A stretch of DNA of 64,000 bases from Felis catus (Eukaryota): contig NC_058368.1 in the NCBI RefSeq assembly GCF_018350175.1, positions 65,474,001 to 65,538,000 of the forward strand, read 5' to 3'. The first letter of the stretch is position 1, and each line of letters starts with the position of its first letter. This document shows positions 12,511-25,956 of this stretch, in pieces. The position numbers and the translations under genes were made by a program. A model generated the notes under the pieces. It had not been told where the DNA came from and searched no databases. It saw only the letters and a program-made list of their open reading frames with translations.

Positions 12511-13725
12511 GTTTTTTTGTTTTTGTTTTTTTCTTTATTCCTTGATCATTGAATCACTTGACCTGGAAATATGTGCCTTCACCTTTGTCAGAAAAATAAA
12601 GCCAGTGGGATTCGAATCCTAGTGAGAAGTAATAACCCAAGTTCCACTTGGTGAAGCTCCCAAGTTCCACTGCTCTGTTTTTGTTGTGTCTGTCTTATTT
12701 TAGAAACATATGTTTCAGAATTTGCTGTGTAAATGCCGGTTTCAATTTTACAATGGAAAGTGAAAAACAATGGCATGGGAAAATGTTTATTTTATTTAAT
12801 ATGTGTGGCGTTCACAAGGCCTTGTTTCACTTTCAATTGATTTCACAGTTTGTTTGTGTTTGTGGGTTTTTTTTTTTCTTGCCTTTTTTTTTTTTTTTTT
12901 TTTTAGCTACATAGCCTTGGGGTAATGTCAAGTTACTCATAAAGAAGGGATTTTAATGAATACCCATGGAAGGTACTCTCCTCCTCATTTATTTCCGGTG
13001 CCTTTCTTTCACTAACTAAATTCCATAGCGGGTCTCTGGAGCACAACGTGATACTGAATCAGTTTTCCATCACTAGTTTCAATTCTTTTTTGAGCTCTCA
13101 TACCCAGAAGCCATCATGCAGACGACCAATGCCCTTGTGGTAGAATATATTTGTTCTGTGAGTTATTGTTCCAGTCTGTGTTTTCCTGTGCTGAAAGATT
13201 TCCTTCTTGAGCTAACTGAAATGGGGTAGGAAGCAGGATTGGGCAGAATCTCAGTATTTCACGAAAAATTTTATAGAAAGACTGAAAATTTAAACAAAAT
13301 CAAAGGGAAAATGTGGCAAGCTGTATATGAGCCATTATGATTTTATAAAGCTCTTGTTCTTGGGCAATGTTGTTAAATATATAACTAGTTAAGAAGTAAT
13401 GCTTGCAAGAACAGATTGGAACTGAGACGAATTTAAATTAAAGATCTATATATGTATGTAAATCCTCTATACTATTATTATATGGTTGTTTTTTGGCAAA
13501 AGACTTCCCTTCTTCCCTTTCAGAAATCTCTTGGAAGAGAACAGTTTCTCTGATGACTATTTGTTTTGTTTTCCACTATTCACTTTTACTTGCTGATTTA
13601 TAGAATCCTGATTAGCTTTCATATGTTATAAGAGTAGATATTTATTTGCAAAACACAATTGTATTGTATTTAGAAATGAAATTGTTCAAAATATGCCTGA
13701 TTATCAGAGGATGTCCAAAGTCCTC

Positions 13726-13943
13726 TTTTTTAAAAAAATTAATATTAATTTAGCTTGAAAGAGAGGGAGGGTGGTGTGGGGGAAAGGCAGAGAGAGGGAG
13801 AGAGAATCCCAGCAGGTGGCTGTGTGCTATTAGCCTTTTAGCACAGAGCCTGATGTGGGGCTTAATTCCACGAACTGTGAGATCATGACCTGAGCCAAAA
13901 TCAAGAGTCAGAGGCTTAACCAACTAAGCTACCCAGTTGCCCC
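13726..13943 (-). mobile_element. Diverged Can-SINE
   Basis: gcacagagcctgatgtgggg...gagatcatgacctgagccaaaatcaagagtc...acccagttgcccc. Confidence 0.9.
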
Positions 13944-14081
13944 TGCCTTTTTTTTAATTAACAGCTTAGTAAAGTAAAAATATATAAAAAATTCAAGATG
14001 GAGGGCTGTACATGTTTTAGTAAATATGAACATAGAATACTTAAAGAGTGGTCTGTGAAGAAACATTGGACCCTGGTTCTT

Positions 14082-14304
14082 TTTTTTTAATTTTTTAAAT
14101 GTTTATTTATTTTTGAGAGACAGATAGATACAGAGCATGAGTGGGCGAGGGGTAGAGAGAGAGGGAGACACAGAATCTGAAACAGGCTCCAGACTCTGAG
14201 CTGTCAGCACAGAGCCCAACATGGGGCTTGAACCCACAAGCCATGAGATCATGATTTGAGTAGAAGTTGGGCGCTTAACTCACTGAGCCCCCTCTGGTGT
14301 CCCC
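14082..14304 (-). mobile_element. Can-SINE with TSD
   Basis: Full reverse SINE flanked by cctggttctt on both sides. Confidence 0.93.
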
Positions 14305-15439
14305 CTGGTTCTTATATAAAGGTGAAAATCTGAATAAAAAGGTAGATACAAGAATAATATGCAGATATATTCTTTGTGTCATTATTTGGGATGTAGGTCA
14401 CCAAGTTAAAAAGAATGGATTCAGTTCTAATGACTTTGAGTGTATGTCTTTGAGCTTTTTCTGGTTCAGTTTGAGATATAAAGGTATTTAAAAAATATCA
14501 GTCTTCCAATATCAGGAACATTTATTATGAGTAAAGCACTGTGCCACCGCTGAACAACGTGTAAAGGTTGTATGTACAGGAACCTCTGTGTTTGGACAGC
14601 ATTTTGAAATCTGTTCTCATATCCACTTTGCCATTATGGAGCTGAGTGCTTGGAATTTTTATCCAGGGGAGAGTTTTTATGAAAAATGGTGAAACTTAAT
14701 GAAGACATGCATTTTTATATTTGTCTTCCAGTTGATATTCAGCATGACATCTTCTGTGTGAGGATTGAATCCAGTCTTTGATACAGTGAAACTCTGTTAG
14801 GACAGTTCTGTGAGGGTCTTATTTGAGGGTTTACCTGCCTTCTGGTAAGGGATAGTTCATTCATGACAGCCATCCTGCTTTGATGACAGTGCTCCTTTTA
14901 TTGTGTTCATGTGCCGTAATTGTTAAGAATAGTAAAAGCTGTGTTTATGGATGACAGTAAGTTTTATGTTAAACATTTGAAATTACAGTAAGTATAAATG
15001 TAAGTAAAATTGAAGCTATGAAGCACCTCTGCCTTTGTGTGTGTATTATGTTGATAAAGAAAATTGTAGAACAGGTTATAAGAAGAAAGGGTTAATTTTT
15101 AAAATTAAAGGCAAAACAAGGAGAAAACGGTACCTCAGATTCATTGAATAATACCTAATAATATCCGCCCCCATCAACACCCCCCAGTGAAAGAATACTA
15201 TTTTTGACCAAATTATTATTGTAGAGAAAATATTTATAATTCTCTAATTGGAGAATAACATTCTAGAATGACTAATACGTTAGTAGCACTGACAGTGTTG
15301 TCAAATTTAAGCTGAGTTTTAACCATCCTAGTAAATGCATAGAAGCTATTCTTCTATCCTAGCCAAATTTACTTAGCCTGATCTTTTATAAATATATACA
15401 TTCAAATGAAAACCCTAGCCCTAGTTGTTTATCTGATTC

Positions 15440-16330
15440 TGGTTTAGTTGAGGTAGTTGGGGAAGGCTTTTCCAGAGAGTGCTGGAGACCTGATGGGACC
15501 ACCATGGGAAGCAGGCATCCATGCCAAGTCTAGGAGAATGGCTTTCGAAGCAGAAGGTGTGCCAAATACAAAAGCCTCATAGGGACTGGGCTTAGTATGG
15601 GGATGGCGGGGTGGGGGGAGAATGGTGGGCGTGAGATGAGGTTGAGGCAGGAGATGGATTTTGCTGGACCTTGAAGACTATGAAAAAGAGTTCAGATTTT
15701 TAAATATAGAGGGAATCCACTGGAATGTTTGAAGCAGGAAAGTGACATTTGATGTTCCATTTAGAAAGATTGTCCTTGTTTCTCTGTGGAGAATGGAATA
15801 CGGGGAGAAAAGAGGGAGCGACCCTGACAGCTTTTGAGCAAAAGATGGCAGTTCAGTTATTTATTTATTTATTATTTATTTATTTATCCATCCATCCATC
15901 CATCCAACAAAAATTCATTAAACTCCAACTGCATGCTGGGACCCGATAGTAAGTCCTGGTCACAAAAGAGTTTTTAAGAGAGGTAAGGACTCGACTCCAC
16001 AAAGGTTTGACTCTAGTGAGAGGTATAGGTAGTGTTAAGTCCCATGAAGATAATAAAACAAGGTAATGCAGTGGAAGAGGTGTTTCTATTTAAATAGAGT
16101 GTCATGATCATGGTGGAGCCTGGATGACTAGAAGCAAGGCATACGTGAGAACTTCCAAGCAAAGAGCCAGTGCAACGACCTAAGAGGGGAACAAGTTTGG
16201 CATAAACAAAGGAATAAATAAAGGAAAAAAAAAACCCACCAACGTGGCTGGAGGCACAGAGTGAAAGGGTATCATAGTCCTGGAGGAGGTCATCCAGGAT
16301 CTCATCACACAGAATAGAAAGTAGTTTCTT
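15440..16330 (-). mobile_element. L2 LINE fragments
   Basis: Purine-rich degenerate L2-like segments (ccactggaatgtttgaagcaggaaagtgacat; catccatccaacaaa tail repeat). Confidence 0.6.
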
Positions 16331-18214
16331 GTGTGGGTTTTGAGCAAGTGAGCATGGAGACAGAGAATGAGGTAGATTGAAGAGGAGTTTATGATGTGGT
16401 GTCAACCATTTATGTCTCTTTGGCACAAGGACAGGATGTATGCAACTGGTTCGGAGCTCCACATTCCTCACAGAGTCATTCACCGTACAAAGTAATTAAT
16501 TCGTGAACATTATTTTTGTCCCTTTTCTATTAGTTTATTAAAATGGGGGTATTGGCTGTTTGCGTCATTGTCATTTAGTTGTTTTAAAAAACTGTTAGTC
16601 ACCATGGTTGTTAGGAATTTGATTTCCTGCTTACTACTTTGCTACATTCTAAAATGACTGTTGCTTAGAGGCAAACAGAAACTTCCTTGTTCTATAAAGA
16701 ACAAAATGAGCCATATACATTGGGAATATTTCTCCCACTGTTGAAAGCAGTATTGTGCTAAGTGGTGTATAATACAACATTTACTGTACTCTTTAAAAAT
16801 CCCTGATGACCAGATGTATTTGAAATTACCCCAGTGCCTAGTTTGCTGCAGTTAACATTCTTTTTTGATGGTATCCAGTGGAAAACTTGAAAGACAAATG
16901 GCTCAAATGGTTGTCTTGGCTATTGTTTGAGCATGTAGTTGTTCTGACTGGAAAGTGAAAATTATTGGAAAAGAAAGTTATTCTTCATTAGCTTGAAGAC
17001 CTGTCCCAGAACTGGTATGAAAGTGGATGTTAAGTGGAGTATGTGGCATTTGCTTCATATGCACAGTGGATGATTGATTTCCTCAGCCCCACTAATAGAA
17101 TATTTTTCTACCAACCTTGGTGCAATTGCATTATAGTTGCAATTTTCAACATCACATTTTAATAGAATTTTGGAGTCTCTTTGTTATTAATGAAGTTAAA
17201 TAGAATCAGAAATGAAAATCTCTGCAAAAATATTCACCTTATCACTCTTCCAAAAGAAGAAAGAAAGGAAACCTTCGCATTTTATTTCCCATCATTGCTC
17301 CGCGTGGAGGAAGCAGTATATACACGTTTTGTTGAATCACATTGATGCTTCTTCCCCAGAGTTGCTCTGCTTCAAAGAAGACCAAGCTTTTTTCATCCCA
17401 TGGAAAAAAAAATTCTAAGCAACATCCTCAAAATATGAAATCAACCACAAAATTCATTACTTGAGATGTTTCATTCAGAGAAATGATCATAATGACATAC
17501 TGTGTTCACAAGTGAGATTTCCTGACTTTAAGCTCTTAATGTATAGTTTGCCTTTAAAATTAAATTGCCTCCTTTTCTAAATCAAACACAGATTAAACAG
17601 ACACATAATTACTTCCCGGATCATTTCTTTGCCACTGCAGGGATGTGGCATACGTTTAGAATTGTGGTTATTATTGTTTTAATTTGAAGAGATAAAATAA
17701 GAAAATAGTTATTAAGATAAAAGTCACCTGCAGCCTATTAAGGAACTATATGTTGTGTTTCCTTTCAGTCTTTTTTCTGTGTGTAATAAATACTATTTGG
17801 ACTTAATTTTAATATAAGAAGTTTTGAAGGGGAGTGAATGGATACCAACATTTGCATGGAACAAAAGACAATCAGATTCAGCTGGCAGATTATTCATATT
17901 TAAGGTGACAATTAACTAGTATTTAAACGGTGTGTATGGAAACTAATGTTCCTGCACTGAATTAACTGCCCAAAATATAGCCAAAATTTTTAAAGAGTCC
18001 TCAAAGGCATTCTCAGTAAGGAGCTGTCTGCCCTTGACTTGAAGGATCTAGTTAGTAACATGAAAGAGAGAATATGTTCACACAAATTAAGCGAAGGCCT
18101 TAAAAAGCACAGACTAGAGATTTAATTAAAGACTGTTTTCCATAGACATTTGTGCTAAAAAGGCAGTGTTGGCTGCCTGGGATGCGTCTTATGTTACTGT
18201 CAGAAGTCCATGCT

Positions 18215-18390
18215 GGGCCCTGGTGAGAAGCACAGACATGGCGGCCAGATTCCCATTTATTGGCCGAGTGATGTGAGGCAAATTACCTAACCTCTTTAAG
18301 AGTCTCAGGTTTTTCATCTGCAAACACACCAGTAGTAGGATCTGCCTCACATGGTTCTGGTTAAGGATCCGATGAGATAATGCATGTCTG
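18215..18390 (+). mobile_element. MIR fragment
   Basis: ggcaaattacctaacctctttaagagtctcaggtttttcatctgcaaa...aaggatccgatgagataatgcatg. Confidence 0.7.
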
Positions 18391-19254
18391 GTGGGTTGGT
18401 TTCTGGGATAGGCGATTAATGACGATAGCCATCGGACAGGACTGAAGCCTTCCCTGTCAGGTATATCTAACCATGGAATTATGAATGCACTGGAGAATAT
18501 GTTATCTAAGCAGGACAGAAACTTGGGAAAGGGCTAAAAAAATATCTTAGGAGCCCCTGTTTAGGAAAGTTCAACATCTCTGAATATTGAGTAACACATT
18601 TTTCATTGCTTAAGATTGGAAAAATGACTCAGATACATAAAATTAAAAAAAAAAAAAATTCCCTTCTGTTTGGATCCAGAAACTACATAAAGTAAAACTG
18701 TTTGGGTTAGTCCCTGAAGGAGTAACGTCAATTCCAAGCAGTTAATGCTGTCTTTGGTTTTCAAATTTATAGAAAAAATGTTTTAATTGAATGCTAAATT
18801 ATTGTAGTTGGAATCGGTCATGTCTCTGGGAAGGATTTCTTCCTGAGTATTCTTTTCTCTGCCCAGACAATTTTACCACCTCTACCATGTCGCCACCAGC
18901 AGATTTCTGATATTTCCTTGACTTATGGAGGTGTGGTCATTTTCCCTTTTGACCTTATAATAAGAGCTGCTGGAGTGCCCTTTTAGTTAAATCAATAGAA
19001 AGTGCTTCAGTGTATAATATCTTGTTAATAGAGATGCTTAATGGCAAACTTGGGGCAGTTCATGTAGCTGACACATGAAGCACCTGCCTGTATTGGAGGG
19101 ACAGATGACCCATGACCATAGTGACACTTGAGGCAAAGCAGAGCTTTGACAACTGATAGAAACCACCCCTGCCACCAGATGGGTGATCCTGTCTGCCTTT
19201 TCTTTCCCTCACAGCTGGAACTTTCTTTCCTCCGGATGCGTGTTAGGGGTTTCC

Positions 19255-19697
19255 GTGTGTTGTATGCTGGGTTCTCTGAGATGGATATTCGCTTGCTGGA
19301 AGTTTATCTCGAGAGCATCACCTCTGGGGGAATGCGGGAAGCAGCAGTGGGCAGACAGAAAGGTTGAACTAACCCAGAGGTGACACAGGGCCCTCAGCTG
19401 GTCTCGTGTCTGAGGCTGGCTGAAGCTGAAGTGGCTCTTAAGAGCTGCCCCAGGCTGAGGCCGAGGCGGCCAAGACCTTGTCCTGCTGCATCCCCAGTTA
19501 TTGGATGCAGGCTGCTCCAGAGTTAGGGGACGACCTTAGGCAGAGCAGCTCTCTTCAGCTAAGTTCAAGTCCTGGAGAGACACTGTGAGTTGTTGTTTGT
19601 GACCACCAGCGCGACTGACAGCTGAGGCATCATCTGTCCCATCCATTTCTCCATCTTGCAGGGGGGACTTGGGTGGCCCATCGTTGTACCTACTACA
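19255..19697 (-). mobile_element. ERVL LTR16-like solo LTR
   Basis: ggaagtttat...gggaagcagcagtgggcagacagaaaggttgaact...cagttattggatgcaggctgc...ctactaca terminus; locally GC-rich. Confidence 0.7.
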
Positions 19698-19801
19698 CAG
19701 TGTGACCTGAGGGAGTTGGCCTAGGAGCTCTTAAATTTCCACCCAATTCTAAAAATCCTAGAAAATCTGATTCTAATAGTAAAAATGGTATTCAGACGTT
19801 A

Positions 19802-19824
19802 TTGTTGTTGTTGTTGTTGTTGTT
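19802..19824. repeat. (TTG)7 microsatellite
   Basis: Direct trinucleotide run. Confidence 0.9.
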
Positions 19825-20262
19825 AAGTTTAAAAATAGACATCATACTGAGGTTATGTTTATTCTCTTGTCTCCAGGTTGAAGAAAAAATGCGCGGGAAA
19901 GAAGTTTTCGGTCCCATCAGTCAAACATGTTCATTGAATTATTTTGTTCTGGTTTAGCTTTGTGGTTGAAACTTACAACGAAAAAGACTTGACTTCTGTG
20001 TCCTCTATTTCAAGGAAGATGATTTGGAAACAGGGCTGTGTGAGGCAGATCTGTGAAGCTACTGGAAACACTGGGCCCTTCTCCAGGGAAATTCTATCCT
20101 TTCCCCAGGACTCCTTCATCACGGGGCGCAGCGTGTTCTAATTCCTGTGCACCCATCCCCCCAAGACACAGCCTACCTGATCCTAGTGTTGAGTATCTGT
20201 GATCCCAGGGCCAAGTGTTTGCTGATCCCAGTGCCGAGTGTTTGAGATAAATCTGCCATTTT

Positions 20263-20480
20263 CCGGGCAGGAACGAGAGTAGGGCAAAATGAGGCATTCG
20301 CCCAAGGTGCAGAATTTAAGGAATAATAGGGAAAAAATATTTTAATCCAATCTTTAAAAAAATCAAAATTAATGCAAAAAAATCTATGATGAACAAATTA
20401 TAAAAATGTTGCATAGAGACCAGATCAGCGTTATTTATTTTTCCTTTTGCCTCGGCTTCCACTGGCTTGGCTGGGCACCG
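20263..20480. mobile_element. Non-autonomous hAT-type DNA transposon (MER-class; subfamily uncertain)
   Basis: tgaggcattcgcccaaggtgcagaatttaagg...aaaatcaaaattaatgcaaaaaaatctatgatgaacaaa...ttttccttttgcctcggc resembles a mammalian hAT element. Confidence 0.55.
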
Positions 20481-23400
20481 CCCACTTTACATCTTAGAGA
20501 TAATCTGACAAGCCGATTCCCAATTCCATGGACCTGATTGAATGAACAGTTCCATAAATACCTCCAATGGAATCTATGCAGGTACTCCTTAGCAATTCTG
20601 AAAACATAATAGAAGGAATATGTTTAAATGTATGAGTTCAGTGTACACGAATCACAGCCTGAGGCAGACCCCTGGGAATCGGGAGCGTCAGCGTCAGCAT
20701 CAGGATCAGGACCAGCATCGGCGCTGAGTACCAGAGAAATAAGAAGGGGATCAGAGGAAAATGGGTTTCAGCAAATAATCAATTCAGGGGCACAGCCAGT
20801 GGTCAAATCCTGGACTCACTGAGGCTTTAAAAGCTGAGACTGAGTTCTGGGGTCCCAGGCAAGTAGGGATAGTGGCAGGCTCTCGAGGCTCCAGTCCTCC
20901 CGAAAGAGTATGTTGTGAAACCACTGTTGCTTTTTTCCCCCCTTTCCTGTGACTGCTCTGGCCAATTCCAAACTTAGAAACTGCAAACTTCTCTCTTGCT
21001 CCCTATGGAATAAATTCCCGCCTTCTCAATAAGGCATCCACAGCCCTTCACACAATCTGGCTGTGTTATGTGTCTCATCTCTTCCCTAACTTTCCCTCAC
21101 AAAAAACTTTACCAGAAGTCACAAATATAAACAGCTTTAGCTCCCGTCACAATCTTCTGTATCTCCCAGCCTTAGGCGAGCGTGCTGGCAGCCCCCTGCT
21201 TCTTTATTTCCTTCTCTGATTTCTCCTTCTGGAGAAATGACTACTCCGAAGGCAAGACTTAATTGAATATCACTTCCTCTTTGAAGCCTTAACTGCCTCT
21301 CCCAGGTTGGGTTAAAAACAGAAACTTCCTCCTCACTTTGAGCCCCATGTACTGACATACAATTATATGTTTACGTTCCTGTCTCCCCATAGGCCTTCAT
21401 TGTTAGTTGGTAATAGTGTTAGTGCTCACGAAAATCCCGATCACAGAAACTCCTTATGTGGTAGTTCCCCTAGTCTAGGCAGTGTGCAAGTGCTTTACAT
21501 ATACTGTTTGTTCATCTCAGTAAATTTCATACTATCACACTCTCATTTCATACCATAATATTTCACACTATTGCCATTTTATCAATAAACGAATTAAGGC
21601 TTAGGGGGCCTTCAACTCTGCATGAAGCTTATGATCATCTTTATACCCCTAGCTCCTAACACAGCAGTGGTCTCCTCAGGTACACACCACAATTCAGTGA
21701 GTGAAAAATAAAAGGTTTGGATGGTTGTGGTCAGCCAGACCAAGCAGAAGCACAGGTCTTTTGTGCATTCCACCAATGTGTGTACATAGACACGCACACG
21801 TGCAGATTAGCAGTCCTTTTTTTTAAATAACGTTTTCTGCGGTCAGTATTCCTTATGAGTAAAATTTTTAGATAGATGTAAAGAATTTTCTTTTGCCAAA
21901 TCATTATACACACCGTGATAACTTTACCAGTGTTCTAGTGGAATTTAACTCAGAAATACCTAACTGAATTAGCACAGTCCAAATCCCCTACCATCCTAGT
22001 TTTGAGGAGTTGTGACACCTTTATTAAATTGAAGCCCTGATACTTTTTTCAGGTGTCAAGATTTTATTTCCATTATTTTGATCAGGAGAAAAAGAATGTG
22101 TTTAACAATTAAACCTACTGAGGATTTATGTGTAATATAGTAAAGTATTATTAATCACTCAGTCATTAAGACTTTACAGACTAGTGTAGGGTAATCCTAT
22201 CGAAAAAAAATTGGGCTTGCTTATTTCATAGAAAGCAGGTATTAAAGTGTAGATGTATTAAAGAAAAAATGCTGCCTGCCTGGGAGCATCAAACAAACAG
22301 CAATCTACCTCCTGCTGTTACAATTTATCCAGAGAGCTCAGGCATCGGCTTTTCTTTCCATCTCGCAGGGATGAAAATCTATATTCTCTCCACTATAATA
22401 TCATCTGTTGAAAATGTTCACTGTCTGAAGATTAAAAACTTCTCCACTCTGGAGGTGGATTTTTTATTTCTTGGCCTTGGAGACAAATAGAGGAAAACTA
22501 TTAATGTGTAATGATTATCACCCGGAATTTTTTATCTACTACTTGTATTCTTAAATACGTTCTGCATTAGGGCCTCTGAGATTCATAGGAATATTAGATC
22601 ATCTTTTAGGGCCTTTTCGTCTAACGTTGTTCTGAGATTCCCAGGGAATCTCACAGGGAGGGGAATGTTAGCAGCTCTTTTTCTGGCATGAACCCTTCCC
22701 TCCCCCCAGACCAGTTTTACAGCATGAACTTCTGCAATATTGGTGGGCACAAGTACTTGAAATGTTCGGCAAAAATCCACCGTTTTGAAAGTCACACATC
22801 TGATCACATTCCACCCGTTTTCCAGATAAGAAAACTGAGGCTCAACAGTCACACTTTTGAATGCTAGTGGACTGGAAGCAGTCTTGTCACTGGAGCCTTT
22901 TGCACCTGGAGATTGTCTTCCCCAGAATCCTTCATTGAAACCTAACCATTTTCTGGACAGTGGCTGTGCTCTCACTAAGTGCTGCATGGACTGGAATCTC
23001 AGGCATCGCCATTACAAAGATAAAAGAGGGGCATAACATTTTTGCTAACATGACCTGAAATCCTTTATTCTGCCAGCAAACAAGCTGAATGCCCTCCTGA
23101 AGTTAATTTCAATACCTTAGATGGGCTGTAATACTCATGCATACTTCCATAAACTTTCTGATCTTCAGAGCCTCCTCAAAAGAGAACTTTATGAGGTTTT
23201 GTGTTTATTTACTCCATCAATTTCATCACCACCCCCAGGCTATCAAGTTTATTTCTGCTCAGAGTGAAGTGAAAACTTGACATTAGTACTTGGATTAGTA
23301 ATGGGGACCATTGGTGAAGGATGGGGGGGGGACTATCTGGGAGGCTTTGTTAACTGATAGCCCAGTGACCACGGCAAACATTTCAGCCTCTGATTATTTT

Positions 23401-24929
23401 TCTTCCCTCCTGATAATTGCTTCCATCCCTCCCTTTGCTCCCCATCTCTAGACACACTGCCAATCCCCTTAGCTGTTGGGTTAACTAGGCAGCTGATTAA
23501 AACACTTGTTTGTTATTCAGGAGAACATCAGGATAGTAGCCCCTAGGCATTCTGGAACGAGGGTCTCAATCTCTGTATTGGTTTCTGTTTTAAGGAAAGG
23601 GACAAGCAATCTCCTTGTAGTGAATTCTCAATGTATTTCCTTTTTCTTTTGATCTCCATCATACTGTTAAGTCTGTGGTGGGTAAGGAAGTGCATCTTCT
23701 GTGGACTGGCGGACAGTCTGTTGGTAGTGCCCAGGTACCCTGACCCACACAAGACGAATGACAAATAGGGACATCGGTGGGCTGGGATTGTGAGTCCTCA
23801 GGAATTCTGGATTACCTATGGAAACAATTGCTGGGTAGGACACATTATCCGTGGGCTTAGGATTTGATCAGTACGTGAAAACTCCAGGGATGGTTTTTCT
23901 TCCGAGCAATGCTGGATCGCTAGCTTGCTAATAAATATTCCTTACTCCAGTGTGCCTCAGGCAAAGGCTGCAGTCAAGAATGCTGTGACAGTTTTACTGT
24001 AGTACTTAATTGTAGCATGAAGAATTCTTTTGGGGGAAGGAAAATGCTTGCAGGAGAAAAATAAGCAAAAAGACAGAAATCAAAAAACTACCCCAAACTT
24101 AAGATGGAGTAAGATGATTGACCAAATAGTAATTAATACTTTTCTTAGTCACATGCCGTGTAAATGAAATGATAGAGTTTTCCAACAGTCTTTGAGGATG
24201 CTTCTTCCTAATGTAAAGCAAGCAGAATATGAAATATTAAATTAGGAATGGAGAGTTCATTTTCATCTGTACTATTCTTATACTCTGTATCATTAGCATA
24301 ATATTAATTTTGAAAGTGCAAATTGCGAGAAGTTCAGAAATTACATAAGTGGAGAGAAAGAAGGTAGTGCTTTGACATTTGTAGAATTAGCTCTGTGCAC
24401 TGTGGCTGAAGGAAGAGAAGGGAAAATGGTGGGGAGGCTCCATTAGCAGGAAGCAGTAGGCGGGAAGAGATGATATGGCAGATGGAAGGTGGAGAGAGAT
24501 AACACAGACTGAACACACTTGTGGAGAACCTGACACATCTGAGTCTGAGGATGGGGTGTACATAGGAACAAGGACTCTAGCAGTCGTACTGAGCACACAA
24601 TTTGCTTGGCAGATTGTAGGGATAATCACACCCAGCATCACTTTGACACCATAAAAGTCCTGCCTATTTGCTCTCAATGTCTCAGGAAAATCCTGCAACA
24701 TGTTCCTTTTAAGGAGTTTAGAGATTTACACAATTTTATGTTTATAGGAAAGAGCAGTATCATCACCAAGCTAGTCTGCATCTGAAATGAAGGAGGAAAT
24801 AGTTTATTCCTTTTTGGAAGAGTATTGACAGGAAATAATTGCTCACTGTTCTACAAATTGAAAAAGTTCAGCTGATAACTCTCAAACTGGTAATAATGAG
24901 CACAGATATTAGAAGGCTGCTTGGTAGTG

Positions 24930-25050
24930 AGGCACGTCTGCCTGGCTCAGTCAGTAGAGCATGTGACTCTTGATTGGAGGGTTGTGAGTTCGAGTCTCAC
25001 ATGTGGAATAGAGTTTACTTAAAGTAAAAAAAATAAAAATTAAAAAAAAA
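24930..25050 (+). mobile_element. Short tRNA-like carnivore SINE (SINEC_old-type)
   Basis: tggctcagtcagtagagcatgtgactcttg...gagttcgagtctcac...tagagtttacttaaa plus A tail; agaaggctg repeated on both flanks. Confidence 0.8.
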
Positions 25051-25299
25051 GAAGGCTGGTAGTACAAAAATTAAGCCTGGATGGTACTACTAGACTTCTC
25101 TGTTTCAAGCTTCACCATTAAGTGTTTGCGGGATAATATGATTATTTTTTAATATTTATTTTCTTTTTAATGAGAAAAAAAACAATTTTGCTGTTGTAAT
25201 ATACTGAATCCAGGAAATTCTGTGGATACTTTTCCAAAACAAGGAGTATTTTGATTGTCACAATTTTGGGGTATTAATATTTTTAATGCATTTTTTTAT

Positions 25300-25324
25300 A
25301 AAATTTTTTTAATGTTTGTTTATT

Positions 25325-25361
<37 letters not shown>

Positions 25362-25527
25362 ATGAGTGGGGGAGGGGTAGAGAGAGAGGGAGACACAGAA
25401 TCTGAAGCAGGCTCCAGGCTCTGAGCTGTCAGCACAGAGCCCGACATGGGGCTCGAACTCATGAGCCGCGAGATCATTACCTGAGCCAAAGTCAGACGCT
25501 CAATCAACTGAGCCACTCAGGCACCCC
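25300..25527 (-). mobile_element. Can-SINE inserted at the tail of an L1
   Basis: Full reverse SINE with long (GA)n, directly abutting the L1 3' end. Confidence 0.95.
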
Positions 25528-25956
25528 TTATATAATTTATTGTCAAATTGGCTAACATACAGTGTGTAAAGTGTGCTCTTGGTTTTTGGGATAGATTCCC
25601 ATGGTTCATCGCTTACATACAACACCCAGTGCTCATCCCAGCAAGTGCCCTCTGCAATGTCCGTCACCCACTTTCCCCTCTCCTCCACCCCCTATCAACC
25701 CTCAGATTATTCTCTGTATTTAAGAGTCTTTTATGGTTTGCCTTCCTCCCTCTCTGTTTGTAACTATTTTTTTCCCCTTCCCTTCCGCCACGGTCTTCTG
25801 TTAAGTTTCTCAAGATCCGCATATGAGGGAAAACATATGATATCTGTCTTTCTCTGACTGACTTATTTTACTTAGCATAATACCTTCCTGTTCCATCCAT
25901 GTTGCTGCAAATGGCAAGATTTCATTCTTTCTCATTGCCCAGTAGTATTCCATTGC
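25528..25956 (-). mobile_element. 5'-truncated carnivore L1 3' end (ORF2 C-terminus + 3'UTR)
   Basis: Minus-strand translation MEYYWAMRKNEILPFAATWMEQEGIMLSKISQSEKDRYHMFSLICGS resembles the L1 ORF2 C-terminus, followed by a typical 3'UTR. Confidence 0.93.

Noticed and set aside
13104..13215. Minus-strand exon-like segment (acceptor cttcctaccccatttcag, donor GG|GTATGA)
   Set aside because: Weak donor, stops in all three frames and no supporting neighbouring exons
16013..16483. 156-aa minus-strand ORF
   Set aside because: Overlaps a decayed L2 and has no recognisable domain
17120..17146. Resemblance to miR-33 (tgcattatagttgca)
   Set aside because: Multiple mismatches and no proper pre-miRNA stem
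19877..19960. Strong acceptor ttattctcttgtctccag followed by VEEKMRGKEVFGPIS
   Set aside because: No good donor before the frame stops, and the peptide is not recognised
24930..25010. tRNA-like sequence (also at 51858-51935)
   Set aside because: It is a tRNA-derived SINE head with an A tail and TSD, not a tRNA gene
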